A program made the position numbers and the translations under genes. Positions 8,142 through 16,947 of a stretch of DNA of 21,302 nucleotides are shown here, in pieces. The first letter of the stretch is position 1; every line of letters begins with the position of its first letter. A model generated the notes under the pieces. That model worked only from the letters and a program-made list of their open reading frames with translations, ran no database searches and had not been told where the DNA came from. Origin of the DNA: Candidatus Eiseniibacteriota bacterium (GTDB lineage: Bacteria; Eisenbacteria; RBG-16-71-46); the NCBI GenBank assembly GCA_031364845.1, contig JANLWX010000145.1, positions 1 to 21,302 of the forward strand, in the 5' to 3' direction.

Positions 8142-9904
8142 TGGATTCGCACCACGCGAAGTGCAGTCGTGAGTGCGCCGGCGTTCAAGCGAACCAGGTA
8201 GAGTCCGGGTGCGGCGTGAGCCGCGTTCCAGCGAACCGTATGTTCACCTGCGGCGCGATCACCGTTGGCGAGCGTCGCGATCGGGCGCCCGGCGATGTCG
8301 AAGACATTGAGACTCACGCGCGTCGCACGCGGCAGCGAATAGACGAAGTGCGCTTCGGAGCGCGTGGGGTTGGGCCCGAGCAAGCGAAGCGCGGGACCCG
8401 GCGCGAGCACGTCATCGACCGCCAGTGTGTGCGGATCCGCAGTCGCGAACGGCGAGCCCGCGAACGCCTGATCGATGGCCTGAACCCCCCAGTAGACGTG
8501 ATTCCCAGAGAAGGCTGCGCGCGGCAGCGTCCATTGAAGATTTTCGTCGGCGTTGCCGCGCTGGGGCACGAGACGGAAGCCGGTCGCGACATTCGCCATC
8601 GGGCTCAGCACATCGGCCAGTCCCGGCGCGGTACCCGCCCACAGGTTGTAGCTCAGACCCAGCCGGCCATTCTGCGCGTCGTTCGCCATGCTCCAATGGA
8701 ACGTCACGTTGGCGGAATCCGAAGTCGCGAACAAGGCCAGTGGAGCCGTGGGCGGAGTGTTCGCGGGCACACCAGAGTTGCGATAGATCGCCGCCGACTG
8801 CGGGCCGGCCAGAAATCGATTCCCGACGAGCAGCAAATCGAGGTCCGCATCGTTGTCATAATCACCCCACGCGAGCGAGCCCACCGCGACGCCGGTGAGG
8901 CCCGCGTTCATGTCACTCATCCCGATTCCGGTGTTGAGGTACACCGCCGCAAATCCCGTCGACGCTGTGTTACCGGCCAAGGCGATGTCGAGATCGCCAT
9001 CGTTGTCGGCATCACCCCAAATGCTGCCTCCGGAGTTGACGCCCTGGATCACGGCGTTCGCATTGGCGAAGAATCCCACTGAGTTTCGATAGATTCGAGT
9101 GATCGGGGACGAAGCCACGTTGCCGGACAGCGTGAGATCGAGATCGCCATCGTTGTCGAAATCACCGAAGTTCAAGGATCCGCGTGAGACACCGGTCACG
9201 GGCCACGTCATGAGCGTGAAGGCGCCGCCCGAGTTGCGGTAGAGATTCGTGACGGGAGTGGTGCCCGACATGCCGGAGATCGCGAGATCGGAATCTCCGT
9301 CGTTGTCGTAGTCCCCCCACGCCATCGCGCACAGCGTGAGCCCGGTGATCGACACCGCGGCATCGACAAAGACTCCGGCTGTGTTGCGGTAGATGCGCGC
9401 GATCCCTCCCGCGCCGGAATCGCCGCCGAAAGCGAGGTCGAGATCGCCGTCATTGTCGAAGTCGACCCACGAGATGGCGCACGCGGACACGCCCGGAAGC
9501 CCTGCTGCGATATCGGTGAACGCGCCGAGGTCGTTGCGATAGATGCGCGTGACGGGCACTCCCGCGTGCAGACCGGCGAGCGCCAGGTCGAGATCGCCGT
9601 CGCGGTCATAGTCGCCCCACGCCACCGCTCCGTTGTGCGCGACCGCATCAGCGGGCAGCGCGACGGCGTCCGCAAAGGCTCCGCCGGTGTTGCGGTAGAT
9701 ACGCGCGATGTCGCCGGCGACGGTCGTGCCGATCATCACGAAGTCGAGATCTCCGTCTGAGTCATAGTCGCCCCAGGCGACCGCGGGTGCGTTCACGCCG
9801 GTGATGCCCGCGCCAATGTCGGTGAACGTCGCCCACGCGGGAACCGCCGAAAGCAGGGTCAGAGCGAGGGCGAACCACCATCGAATTGCGGAAGCAGGGA
9901 GCAT
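8138..9904 (-). CDS. Secreted FG-GAP/VCBS-repeat beta-propeller protein with FnIII-like and FlgD Ig-like C-terminal domains (paralog 1)
   Basis: Signal peptide ending VPAWA; seven WGDYDNDGDLD-type repeats; PPTAP...FHW...YNL; GPNP...VFDIAGR...PGLYLVRL. Confidence 0.9.
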   Translation of the reverse strand: MLPASAIRWWFALALTLLSAVPAWATFTDIGAGITGVNAPAVAWGDYDSDGDLDFVMIGTTVAGDIARIYRNTGGAFADAVALPADAVAHNGAVAWGDYDRDGDLDLALAGLHAGVPVTRIYRNDLGAFTDIAAGLPGVSACAISWVDFDNDGDLDLAFGGDSGAGGIARIYRNTAGVFVDAAVSITGLTLCAMAWGDYDNDGDSDLAISGMSGTTPVTNLYRNSGGAFTLMTWPVTGVSRGSLNFGDFDNDGDLDLTLSGNVASSPITRIYRNSVGFFANANAVIQGVNSGGSIWGDADNDGDLDIALAGNTASTGFAAVYLNTGIGMSDMNAGLTGVAVGSLAWGDYDNDADLDLLLVGNRFLAGPQSAAIYRNSGVPANTPPTAPLALFATSDSANVTFHWSMANDAQNGRLGLSYNLWAGTAPGLADVLSPMANVATGFRLVPQRGNADENLQWTLPRAAFSGNHVYWGVQAIDQAFAGSPFATADPHTLAVDDVLAPGPALRLLGPNPTRSEAHFVYSLPRATRVSLNVFDIAGRPIATLANGDRAAGEHTVRWNAAHAAPGLYLVRLNAGALTTALRVVRIQ

Positions 9905-9956
9905 GGGCGGCGTCCGATAGGTCGCGAGGCAGTCGGTTGCGGATCGAGAGTGCGCA

Positions 9957-9974
9957 GTCCCGGCCAGCCGGGAC
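9957..9974. promoter_or_regulatory. 8-bp inverted repeat (GTCCCGGC-CA-GCCGGGAC) upstream of the FG-GAP pair; possible operator or hairpin
   Basis: Perfect inverted repeat between the modC end and the FG-GAP start. No U-tract; high GC makes chance occurrence possible. Confidence 0.3.
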
Positions 9975-10044
9975 CGGTGTAAGGATACGCTACCCGGGCG
10001 CGGAATCCGCAGCGAAAGCGCGGCCGCGGTCGCTACCCCGATAC

Positions 10045-10755
10045 CTAAAGTCCCAGCAACTCCGCCACGTCAGCCGTCGCCGGAGCCGCCCGCACCGCTT
10101 CGGGCGGACCGATCTGGGCGATGCGTCCGTTCGCCAACACCGCCACCTGATCTCCGAAGGCGAACGCCTCGGCCGGCGCATGCGTCACGTAGAGCGTCAC
10201 GCACGAGAGCGACTCGAGCAGGCGGTGCAGTTCCCCGCGCACGCTGCGGCGGGTTTGGAGGTCCAGTGCCGCCAGCGGCTCGTCGAGCAGCAGCAGACGG
10301 GGCTCCAACACCAGCGCGCGCGCGAGCGCCACGCGCTGCTGCTGCCCTCCCGAAAGCTGTGATGGTCGGCGCTGCGCAAGCCCCCGCACGCCGAGACGAT
10401 CGAGCGTTCGCGCGACGCGATCGCGCGTCTCCGACGGCACCCGGCCTTCCGCGCGCAAACCGAACGCCACGTTCTCCTCGACGCTCAGATGCGGGAACAG
10501 CGCGTAGTCCTGAGCGACATATCCGACCGGTCGTCGCCACGCATCGAGCAATCGGCGCGTTCCGTCGTGCCACACGACGCCTTCCAGCTCGATGTGGCCG
10601 GAATCCGGATCGAGCACCCCGGCCAGCAGCCGCAGGAGCGTCGTCTTGCCGGAGCCGCTCTCGCCGAGCAGCGCGATCGTGCTCCCGGGGCGCGCTTCAA
10701 GCGTCACGTCGAGCGCGAACTCGCCGAGCTTTCTAGCGACCTGCGCGCGCAACAA
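10045..10755 (-). CDS. modC: Molybdate ABC transporter ATP-binding subunit (short form, no C-terminal TOBE)
   Basis: GESGSGKT Walker A, QDYALFPHL, LSGGQQQRVALARAL, LLLDEP, YVTH. The real start is probably TTG at 10755 (or 10752) after AGGGGG, overlapping the modB end. The ORF-track extension to 10941 lies inside modB. Confidence 0.85.
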   Translation of the reverse strand: MLRAQVARKLGEFALDVTLEARPGSTIALLGESGSGKTTLLRLLAGVLDPDSGHIELEGVVWHDGTRRLLDAWRRPVGYVAQDYALFPHLSVEENVAFGLRAEGRVPSETRDRVARTLDRLGVRGLAQRRPSQLSGGQQQRVALARALVLEPRLLLLDEPLAALDLQTRRSVRGELHRLLESLSCVTLYVTHAPAEAFAFGDQVAVLANGRIAQIGPPEAVRAAPATADVAELLGL

Positions 10756-11548
10756 CCGGCACCCCCTGATTTCCCGGGCGCCGCAGCCAGAACAGCAGCG
10801 TGAAGGCGATCGCGAGCAATACGACCGACAGCACGATCGCGGCATCGAGGTCGGATTGGAGTGCGACGTACACCGCGAGCGGCATGGTCTGCGTGGTGCC
10901 GGGCAGATTGCCGGCGAACGTGATCGTGGCACCGAACTCACCGAGCGCGCGCGCGCCGCTCATCGCGGCACCGGCGATGAGTGCCGGCATGCTGAGCGGA
11001 AGGACGACGCGAAAGAATGTGTCGAGCTCCGAGGCGCGCAGGGTCGCCGCCGCATCGACGTAGCGCGGATCCACGCCCGCGATTCCGGCGCGCGCAGCAC
11101 CGATGAAAAATGGAGCCGACATGAATGCCTGCGCCACGATCACGCCGAGTGTCGTGAACGGCAGCGACACACCGAACGCTTCGAGCGCGCGGCCGGCGAG
11201 GCCGGCGCGACCGAACGCCATCAGCAGCGCAAAACCTGCGACCGTCGGCGGCAGCACCATGGGCAGATCGACCAGCACTTCGAGCACGCGCTTGCCGCGA
11301 AAGTCGCGGCGCGCGAGCAGGTAGGCGAGCGGGAGTCCGCCTGCGACGACGAGCACTGTCGCGGTCACGCTCGTGAGGACGCTGAGCCGCAGTGCTGCGA
11401 GAATTTCGGGCTCCAGCAGGCGCGCGAACAGCGTCCCCGGATGGACGCGCAGCAGAAGTGCGGCGATCGGGACCACGAGCAGCAGGAGCATCCCCGAGAT
11501 TCCGATCGCGAGTGCCGCGCGCGTCGCGAGGTCGCGCGCCCGGGTCAT
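10733..11548 (-). CDS. modB: Molybdate ABC transporter permease (ModB/NifC-like)
   Basis: DLPMVLPPTVAG, DAAATL (EAA-like loop), ARALGEFGAT, TQTMPLAVY; multiple hydrophobic segments; ATGA coupling to the upstream gene. Confidence 0.92.
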   Translation of the reverse strand: MTRARDLATRAALAIGISGMLLLLVVPIAALLLRVHPGTLFARLLEPEILAALRLSVLTSVTATVLVVAGGLPLAYLLARRDFRGKRVLEVLVDLPMVLPPTVAGFALLMAFGRAGLAGRALEAFGVSLPFTTLGVIVAQAFMSAPFFIGAARAGIAGVDPRYVDAAATLRASELDTFFRVVLPLSMPALIAGAAMSGARALGEFGATITFAGNLPGTTQTMPLAVYVALQSDLDAAIVLSVVLLAIAFTLLFWLRRPGNQGVPVVARAGR

Positions 11549-11940
11549 CCTCCGCGGCCTTTGGCGATCATCACTTCGGTCGCCTTCATGACCGCCGCCA
11601 CTTCGTCGCCTTCTGAGAGCCGCAGCCGTTCCGCGGAGGAGCGCGTGATCACAGCCACCAGATCCTGATCTCCGATGCGAACGACGACCTCCGCCATGAG
11701 CCCGTCGGTGCGCAACGAAACGATGCGGCCGCGGAGGTGATTGCGCGCGCTCAGCATTTCGGTCGCCGCGGCCGGCGGCGGAGCGGAGCGGCCGATCAGG
11801 CGTTCGATCTCGCTACGATGGAACAGCCACTTGCGCCCGACCCGCACGGCGGGAAGCTTGCCCGACCGCGCGAGGACCTGAACGCGCCGGACGTCGAGAC
11901 GCAGCATGTCGGCGGCTTCCTGTGCGGTGAGGGTTTCCAT
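11545..11940 (-). CDS. Excisionase-like (HTH_17) DNA-binding domain fused to a molybdate-binding TOBE/Mop domain; likely molybdenum-responsive regulator
   Basis: LTAQEAADML...LPAVRVGRKWLF (HTH_17) followed by LSARNHLRG...AVITRSSAERLRL..GDEVAAVMKATEV (Mop). ATG at 11940 after GAGG. Confidence 0.88.
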   Translation of the reverse strand: METLTAQEAADMLRLDVRRVQVLARSGKLPAVRVGRKWLFHRSEIERLIGRSAPPPAAATEMLSARNHLRGRIVSLRTDGLMAEVVVRIGDQDLVAVITRSSAERLRLSEGDEVAAVMKATEVMIAKGRGG

Positions 11941-12126
11941 GTCGGACCTCTCATGGTGGATCGATACCGGGCGCCTCGAAATCAAGCATTTAAGAGCACT
12001 TTGCGGCAACGGGACGAGAAGGGCAAGGGAGCGTGATGGCGGGGGGTTCGAGTCGAGCAGCAGCAGATGCGGGCTGTCTCTATGCTGGCGTTTTCGTGAC
12101 AGCGGCGGAATTGCGGCGCGCGTGGC

Positions 12127-12531
12127 TCACGCGGTCCGGGACGCCCCGTCGCCCGGTCCCTTCTCCAGCGACAGCCGCAGGCTTCGCTCGCCCGTGCACT
12201 CGAGCACGATCGTGTCGCCGATCTCCAGGCCGCGTTCCTTGCACCAGCGCATCATGCCCGGAAGCTTCGGCGAACGCGGCCGGAACATCCACGTGCCGTA
12301 CTGGATGTCGGTCTCGAAACCAAAGTCGAGGTCGGTGTCGATCGTGAGCGGCTTCACTTCGTAGGGCCGCGGGGCATCGGAGGGACCGCGCGGTCCGATC
12401 GCATCGGGCGGGAAGAAGTCGAGGATGTCCCACAGCGAGACGTTGCGCTCGACGAACGTCCACAGGTCGGCCTGCGTGCGAATCGGGATCGTGCGACTCT
12501 CGCCGGGCTTCATGGACTTGATGTTAGACAT
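12127..12531 (-). CDS. Hypothetical protein, possible B3/EcoRII-N-like DNA-binding pseudobarrel
   Basis: Protein-like composition; ATG at 12531 after AGGTG (GTG at 12537 is the alternative). C-terminal WCKERGLEIGDTIVLECTG..LRLSL resembles the B3 motif. Confidence 0.6.
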   Translation of the reverse strand: MSNIKSMKPGESRTIPIRTQADLWTFVERNVSLWDILDFFPPDAIGPRGPSDAPRPYEVKPLTIDTDLDFGFETDIQYGTWMFRPRSPKLPGMMRWCKERGLEIGDTIVLECTGERSLRLSLEKGPGDGASRTA

Positions 12532-12641
12532 CGCCACACCTACGCGCTAGCGTTCTCGTGATCCCATGTGGCCCCGGCCTCCCGCAGCATGGCCGTTGTC
12601 CCGGGCGATACCTCGAACCCCACCTTTCAGCGAGACGAACC

Positions 12642-15600
12642 ATGATGCCGTGCCGACGTGCGATTTCGTTTCTGCTCATGGCCCTCATCCTCGCACTGCT
12701 CGGGGCTCTCGACTTGCGATCCGCGGCGGCGGCCGGCTCATCCCCGCTCCAAGCACTGAACGCGCTCAATCGTGACGGCAAGTACGCACTCGCCACCGCG
12801 GGTGCGCGCGAGTTGCTCGCGAAGGAATCGTCGCAGTCGAAGCCCGACTCGCTGCAGATCGCGGCCATCCTCGACGTGCTCGTCGAATCTTTGTGGCGCG
12901 GCGGGAAGGCAGGTCAGCCCGAGACACGTGAGTTGGCACAGCGAGCGGTTGATATCCGCGAACGACGCTTCGGAGGCGGCAGTCCCGAAACGGCGGCCGC
13001 ACTCACGAGTCTCGGGAACGTTCTGTATGCCAGAAACGACTATGCCGGCGCCCTGCCTCCGCTCGAACGGGCGCACTCGATACAGGAGGTGAAACTCGCT
13101 CCCGACGACCCCGTTCTCGCGACGACCTTGGCCGCGCTCGGATCCGTGCTCCGCTCGAAAGGCGAGTATCCGGCGGCTCGTCCGCTGATCGAACGCGCGC
13201 TGGCCATCCGCGAGAAGGTGTTGGGACCCGATCACCCCGACGTGGCCTCATCGCTCGGAACGCTCGGGACGCTGTTCGGCGATCTCGGCGACTACGCCGG
13301 CGCACGAAGATCCTACGAACGTGTGATTGCGATCCGAGAGAAGACCTTGGGACCCGATCATCCGCTCGTGGCGTCGGCATACGACAATCTCGGCCTGGTG
13401 CTTCGCGTCACGAGTGACTACGCGGCGGCGAGAGTGGCGCACGAACGCGGACTCGCCATTCGCGAGAAGATGCTCTCACCCGACGACCCGGCGATCGCGA
13501 ACAGCCTGCAGAACCTCGGGCTGGTCTTCCGCGCCATGGGCTCCTACTCCGAAGCGAGACCACTCTACGAGCGTGCGGCGAGGATTCGTGAGGTCGCACT
13601 GGGTCCCGAGAATCCCGAATACGCGCGGGCAATCAACAATCTCGCCAATTTGCTGCGCGACATGGGCGACGATCGTGAGGCGCGCCCACTCTATGAGCGC
13701 GCACTCGCGATTCGTGAGAAGACACTCGGCCCTGACCATCCAGACCTCGCGAATACTCTCGACAATTTCGGTCTGCTCCTGGAGAACACCGGTGACTATG
13801 TGAATGCCCGCCGCCACTTCGAGCGCGCTCTCGCGATCTCCCGCAAAAAACACGGGCCCGACCACACCAGCGTGGCGATCGCACTGTGGGCGCTGGCGGG
13901 TGCGGTCGAGCGTCAAGGAGATCTGGCTCAAGCCCGAACGCTCTACGAGAACTCGCTCGCGACGTGGGAACGAGCGCTCGGCCCGCGACACACCGACATC
14001 GTTCTGGCGATGAACGGCCTCGCCGGCGTTCTGATGGCGTTGGGGGAGCACACCGCCGCGCGTCGGGTCTGCGAGCGCGGTATCGCGATCCGTGAAACAC
14101 TCGGAACGAATCATCCCAAGGTCGCAGAGAGCCTGCATCGGCTCGGAGAGATCCATATGTCGGCGGGCGACATCGCGGCCGCCCAGTCCGTGCTCGAACG
14201 CGCCCTGACCATTCGGGAGACCGCCCTCGGCCACCAGAATCCGGAAGTCGCGGCGACGCTCTACCTGCTCGCGCGGGCGCGCGCGGTGGAAGGCGCGCGC
14301 GTTGATGCGCTCGCTCAGGCACTCGAGGCAGAAACGATTGCGCGCGAGCACCTGCGGATTACGGCGCGCGGGCTCGCGGAACGTCAGGCCCTGTTGTACG
14401 ACGCGGTGCGTCCGCGGGGTTTGGACATCGCGCTCTCGCTGGCCGCGCGCGGAATCGACGGACCGTCGCGCCGGCGCGTGTTGGACGCGCTTGTTCATTC
14501 GCGTGCGTTGGTGCTGGATGAGATGGCGGCACGGCACAGCGCCGTCAGCGCATCCTCCGACAGCGCCGGCGTGCGACGGCTGGCCGATCTCATGCAGGCG
14601 CGCGAACGGCTTGCGGCGTTGTTGGTGCGCGGAGTTTCGGGAAACGCCGTGGAAGCGTATCGGCGGCAGGTCGACGATGCGAGGACCGCTACAGATGTGG
14701 CGGAGCGCGGGCTCGCCCGAGTGAGCGAAGGTTTCGCGCGCGAGCAGTCGCGAATTCGGTCGGGCCTCGATGAGGTGGCGGTGAGCCTGCCTGCGGGCAG
14801 CGCACTCGTCGCCGTGACCCAGTACCAGCGAATCGATCTCTCGACGGCGCGCGATCGGTTGAAGGGCGATGTGTTGCACGACCGTTCGGATGTTCCCTCC
14901 TACCTCGCGTTCGTACTGCGCGCGGGCGACCGGGATCCGACGATCGTGGATCTCGGCCCGGCCGCAGCGATCGACGCACGCGTCGAGCGATGGAGAAAGG
15001 ACGCGAGCGCTTCCGGCGCATTTGCCGTCGCCAGTACGGAGCGTCCATCGCAGGTGAGCGGAACCGCGCTGCGAAAAGCCGTATGGGACCCGATCGCATC
15101 GGCGATCGGCGATGCGGCGCGCGTGTTCGTGGTACCCGATGGATCTTTGAATCTGGTGAACTTCGCCGCGCTCCCCGCAAAGGGTGATGGCTTCGTGATC
15201 GAACACGGGCCGTTGATTCACATTGCCTCGGCCGAGAGAGATCTGGTCGCAGCGAGTACTGTGCGTCGCGGCAACGGCATGCTCGCGATCGGCGCGGTGG
15301 ACTACGAGGGAGCATCGAAGCCCGCGATCGCATCACGACGGCCACTGCCGGTCGCGAGTGCGAATCTGGCGGGATCGACGCCTGCAGCGCTCGCGGCGAC
15401 GGAGAACTACCGCGGCCCGCGGGCGGAATGCGGAGATCTGGCGGCCGCTCGCTTCGAGGCCCTGCCTGCCACCGGCACGGAAACCCGCGAGATCGTCGCT
15501 CTGTGGAACCGGGCGGGCGGTGACCGTGGCGCGGCGACCGAGTTGAGGGATGGAGCGGCCGACGAGAACACGTTCAAGAAGTCGGCGAAAGGACACCGGG

Positions 15601-16181
15601 TGCTCCACCTGGCGACGCATGGCTTCTTCCTCGGCGAGTGCCAGGCGGCGCACGCGTCGACCCGGGGAATCGGCGGACTCGATGAAACGCCTGCGCCAAG
15701 GACCACCCTGGCGCCAAAGGTTGCCTCACCCCCTGAAGCGCGAGTGAATCCGCTGCGGCTTTCAGGGCTGGTGCTCGCGGGTGCCAATCACCGTGCAGAG
15801 GTCGCGGTCGGCGAGGAGGACGGGATCCTCACGTCGGAGGAGATCGCCTCGATCGATCTGTCGGGCACCGAATGGGTGGTGTTGTCGGCGTGTGAGACCG
15901 GCGTCGGCGACGTCCATGCCGGAGAAGGTGTGTTCGGATTGCGGCGCGGGTTCCAGATCGCGGGCGCCGGTACCCTGATCATGAGTCTGTGGTCGGTCGA
16001 CGACGAGTCGACGCGAGCGTGGATGAAGGCGCTGTATCAATCGCGTCTCGAGCGCGGGCTCGACACCGCCGAATCGGTGCGCCAGGCCAGCCTCGAAGTG
16101 TTGAAGCAACGTCGCGCCACCGGCCAGTCGACCCACCCGTTCTACTGGGCCGCCTTCATCGGCGCCGGCGACTGGCGCTGA
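12642..16181 (+). CDS. Secreted TPR-CHAT protein (caspase-like clan CD protease)
   Basis: Signal peptide (RRAISFLLMALILALLGAL...AAA); about 11 kinesin-light-chain-type 42-aa TPRs. CHAT motifs VPDGSL, LPATGTE, HLATHG (His 15618), LSACETG (Cys 15891), SLWSVDD and HPFYWAAF; catalytic dyad intact. Confidence 0.92.
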   Translation: MMPCRRAISFLLMALILALLGALDLRSAAAAGSSPLQALNALNRDGKYALATAGARELLAKESSQSKPDSLQIAAILDVLVESLWRGGKAGQPETRELAQRAVDIRERRFGGGSPETAAALTSLGNVLYARNDYAGALPPLERAHSIQEVKLAPDDPVLATTLAALGSVLRSKGEYPAARPLIERALAIREKVLGPDHPDVASSLGTLGTLFGDLGDYAGARRSYERVIAIREKTLGPDHPLVASAYDNLGLVLRVTSDYAAARVAHERGLAIREKMLSPDDPAIANSLQNLGLVFRAMGSYSEARPLYERAARIREVALGPENPEYARAINNLANLLRDMGDDREARPLYERALAIREKTLGPDHPDLANTLDNFGLLLENTGDYVNARRHFERALAISRKKHGPDHTSVAIALWALAGAVERQGDLAQARTLYENSLATWERALGPRHTDIVLAMNGLAGVLMALGEHTAARRVCERGIAIRETLGTNHPKVAESLHRLGEIHMSAGDIAAAQSVLERALTIRETALGHQNPEVAATLYLLARARAVEGARVDALAQALEAETIAREHLRITARGLAERQALLYDAVRPRGLDIALSLAARGIDGPSRRRVLDALVHSRALVLDEMAARHSAVSASSDSAGVRRLADLMQARERLAALLVRGVSGNAVEAYRRQVDDARTATDVAERGLARVSEGFAREQSRIRSGLDEVAVSLPAGSALVAVTQYQRIDLSTARDRLKGDVLHDRSDVPSYLAFVLRAGDRDPTIVDLGPAAAIDARVERWRKDASASGAFAVASTERPSQVSGTALRKAVWDPIASAIGDAARVFVVPDGSLNLVNFAALPAKGDGFVIEHGPLIHIASAERDLVAASTVRRGNGMLAIGAVDYEGASKPAIASRRPLPVASANLAGSTPAALAATENYRGPRAECGDLAAARFEALPATGTETREIVALWNRAGGDRGAATELRDGAADENTFKKSAKGHRVLHLATHGFFLGECQAAHASTRGIGGLDETPAPRTTLAPKVASPPEARVNPLRLSGLVLAGANHRAEVAVGEEDGILTSEEIASIDLSGTEWVVLSACETGVGDVHAGEGVFGLRRGFQIAGAGTLIMSLWSVDDESTRAWMKALYQSRLERGLDTAESVRQASLEVLKQRRATGQSTHPFYWAAFIGAGDWR
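12930..14330 (+). repeat. Array of about 11 tandem 126-bp TPR-coding repeats
   Basis: Recurrent ERALAIREKxLGPDHPxxA at 42-aa spacing; boundaries approximate. Confidence 0.85.
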
Positions 16182-16227
16182 CGAAAGATCCCGCCCGCGA
16201 CCTGAGTCACGAACGGGATCTTCGTTT
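16181..16227 (+). terminator. Hairpin after the TPR-CHAT stop; probable terminator
   Basis: ACGAAAGATCCCG...CGGGATCTTCGT, followed by only a short T run. Confidence 0.55.
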
Positions 16228-16260
16228 AAAGCCCGGCGGCCGGCCCCCGAACCGCCGGGC
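16225..16260 (-). terminator. Hairpin after the minus-strand operon; probable terminator
   Basis: Perfect 9-bp stem GCCCGGCGG (16231-16239) / CCGCCGGGC (16252-16260), followed by TTTAAA on the minus strand. Confidence 0.55.
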
Positions 16261-16266
16261 GATAGG

Positions 16267-16878
16267 TCAGCGCAACACCACGATCTTCCTCGAAGCATGA
16301 TCCGTCTCGGAGTCGAATCGAACGAAGTAAATCCCCGCGGCGACCGGACGTCCGGAATCGTCCACACCCTCCCAGTTTCGATGATGGCGTCCCGCGGGAA
16401 GCGAGCCCTCGACGAGCGTCTTCGCGACGCGCCCCGATGCATCGAAGATTCTCATGCGCACGAATCTCGCAGCGGGCAGGTCGAACGCGATCGCAGAGTT
16501 CCGAACAAGCGGATTAGGTGACGCCGCATGCAGCCGAAACGCAACCGGCATGTCGGTCGTTGCGCCGTCGCCGACATCGTCGCCCTCTTCGACGCCGACA
16601 ATGATCGGCGCCCCACCCCGCCAGAATCCGCCCGCGAGTGAGTAGACCCCGCCGGTCATGGTTCCCGCGTCGGGCTGACCGATGGTGCTGCCGACGATGT
16701 ACGAACCGCCGTGCAGCTTGGTCTCTCCACCGCCGTCGACCGTGTACCAATCGATTGTGTATTGGGCAGCGACAGGGACTGTCGCAGCCATCGATAGCGC
16801 CACGAGCACCGTACTGCACCACATCATGCGCGCCAGGGTTCGGGTGCCGCTCTTTATGAGATTCGAGTGATCACTCAT
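16267..16878 (-). CDS. Small secreted protein: 'YTIDWYTVDGGG...IGQPDAG...GGFW' domain plus FlgD Ig-like C-terminal domain
   Basis: GGAG RBS; signal peptide ending PVAA; C-terminus ASPNP...IFDASGR...WEGVDDSG...GIYFVRF. Confidence 0.85.
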   Translation of the reverse strand: MSDHSNLIKSGTRTLARMMWCSTVLVALSMAATVPVAAQYTIDWYTVDGGGETKLHGGSYIVGSTIGQPDAGTMTGGVYSLAGGFWRGGAPIIVGVEEGDDVGDGATTDMPVAFRLHAASPNPLVRNSAIAFDLPAARFVRMRIFDASGRVAKTLVEGSLPAGRHHRNWEGVDDSGRPVAAGIYFVRFDSETDHASRKIVVLR

Positions 16879-16947
16879 CGTTCTTCTCCAGTCTGAATAT
16901 CGAGATCGCCGCGCGGCATTCGACGCGATACCGAGGAACGCGCAACA

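Noticed and set aside
11545..11940. Excisionase of a prophage or integrative element
   Set aside because: The HTH is fused to TOBE and coupled to modBC; no integrase, att site or tRNA seen
12930..14330. Regularly spaced DNA repeats here and in 6975-9830 as a possible CRISPR array
   Set aside because: They are degenerate in-frame TPR and FG-GAP coding repeats with no identical repeat/unique spacer structure
13476..15221. 581-aa minus-strand ORF (also 7239-8201, 8216-9082, 10592-11668, 19854-20846, 18231-19364 and similar)
   Set aside because: Antisense or off-frame shadows of well-supported genes in GC-rich DNA; Arg/Ala-rich with no motifs
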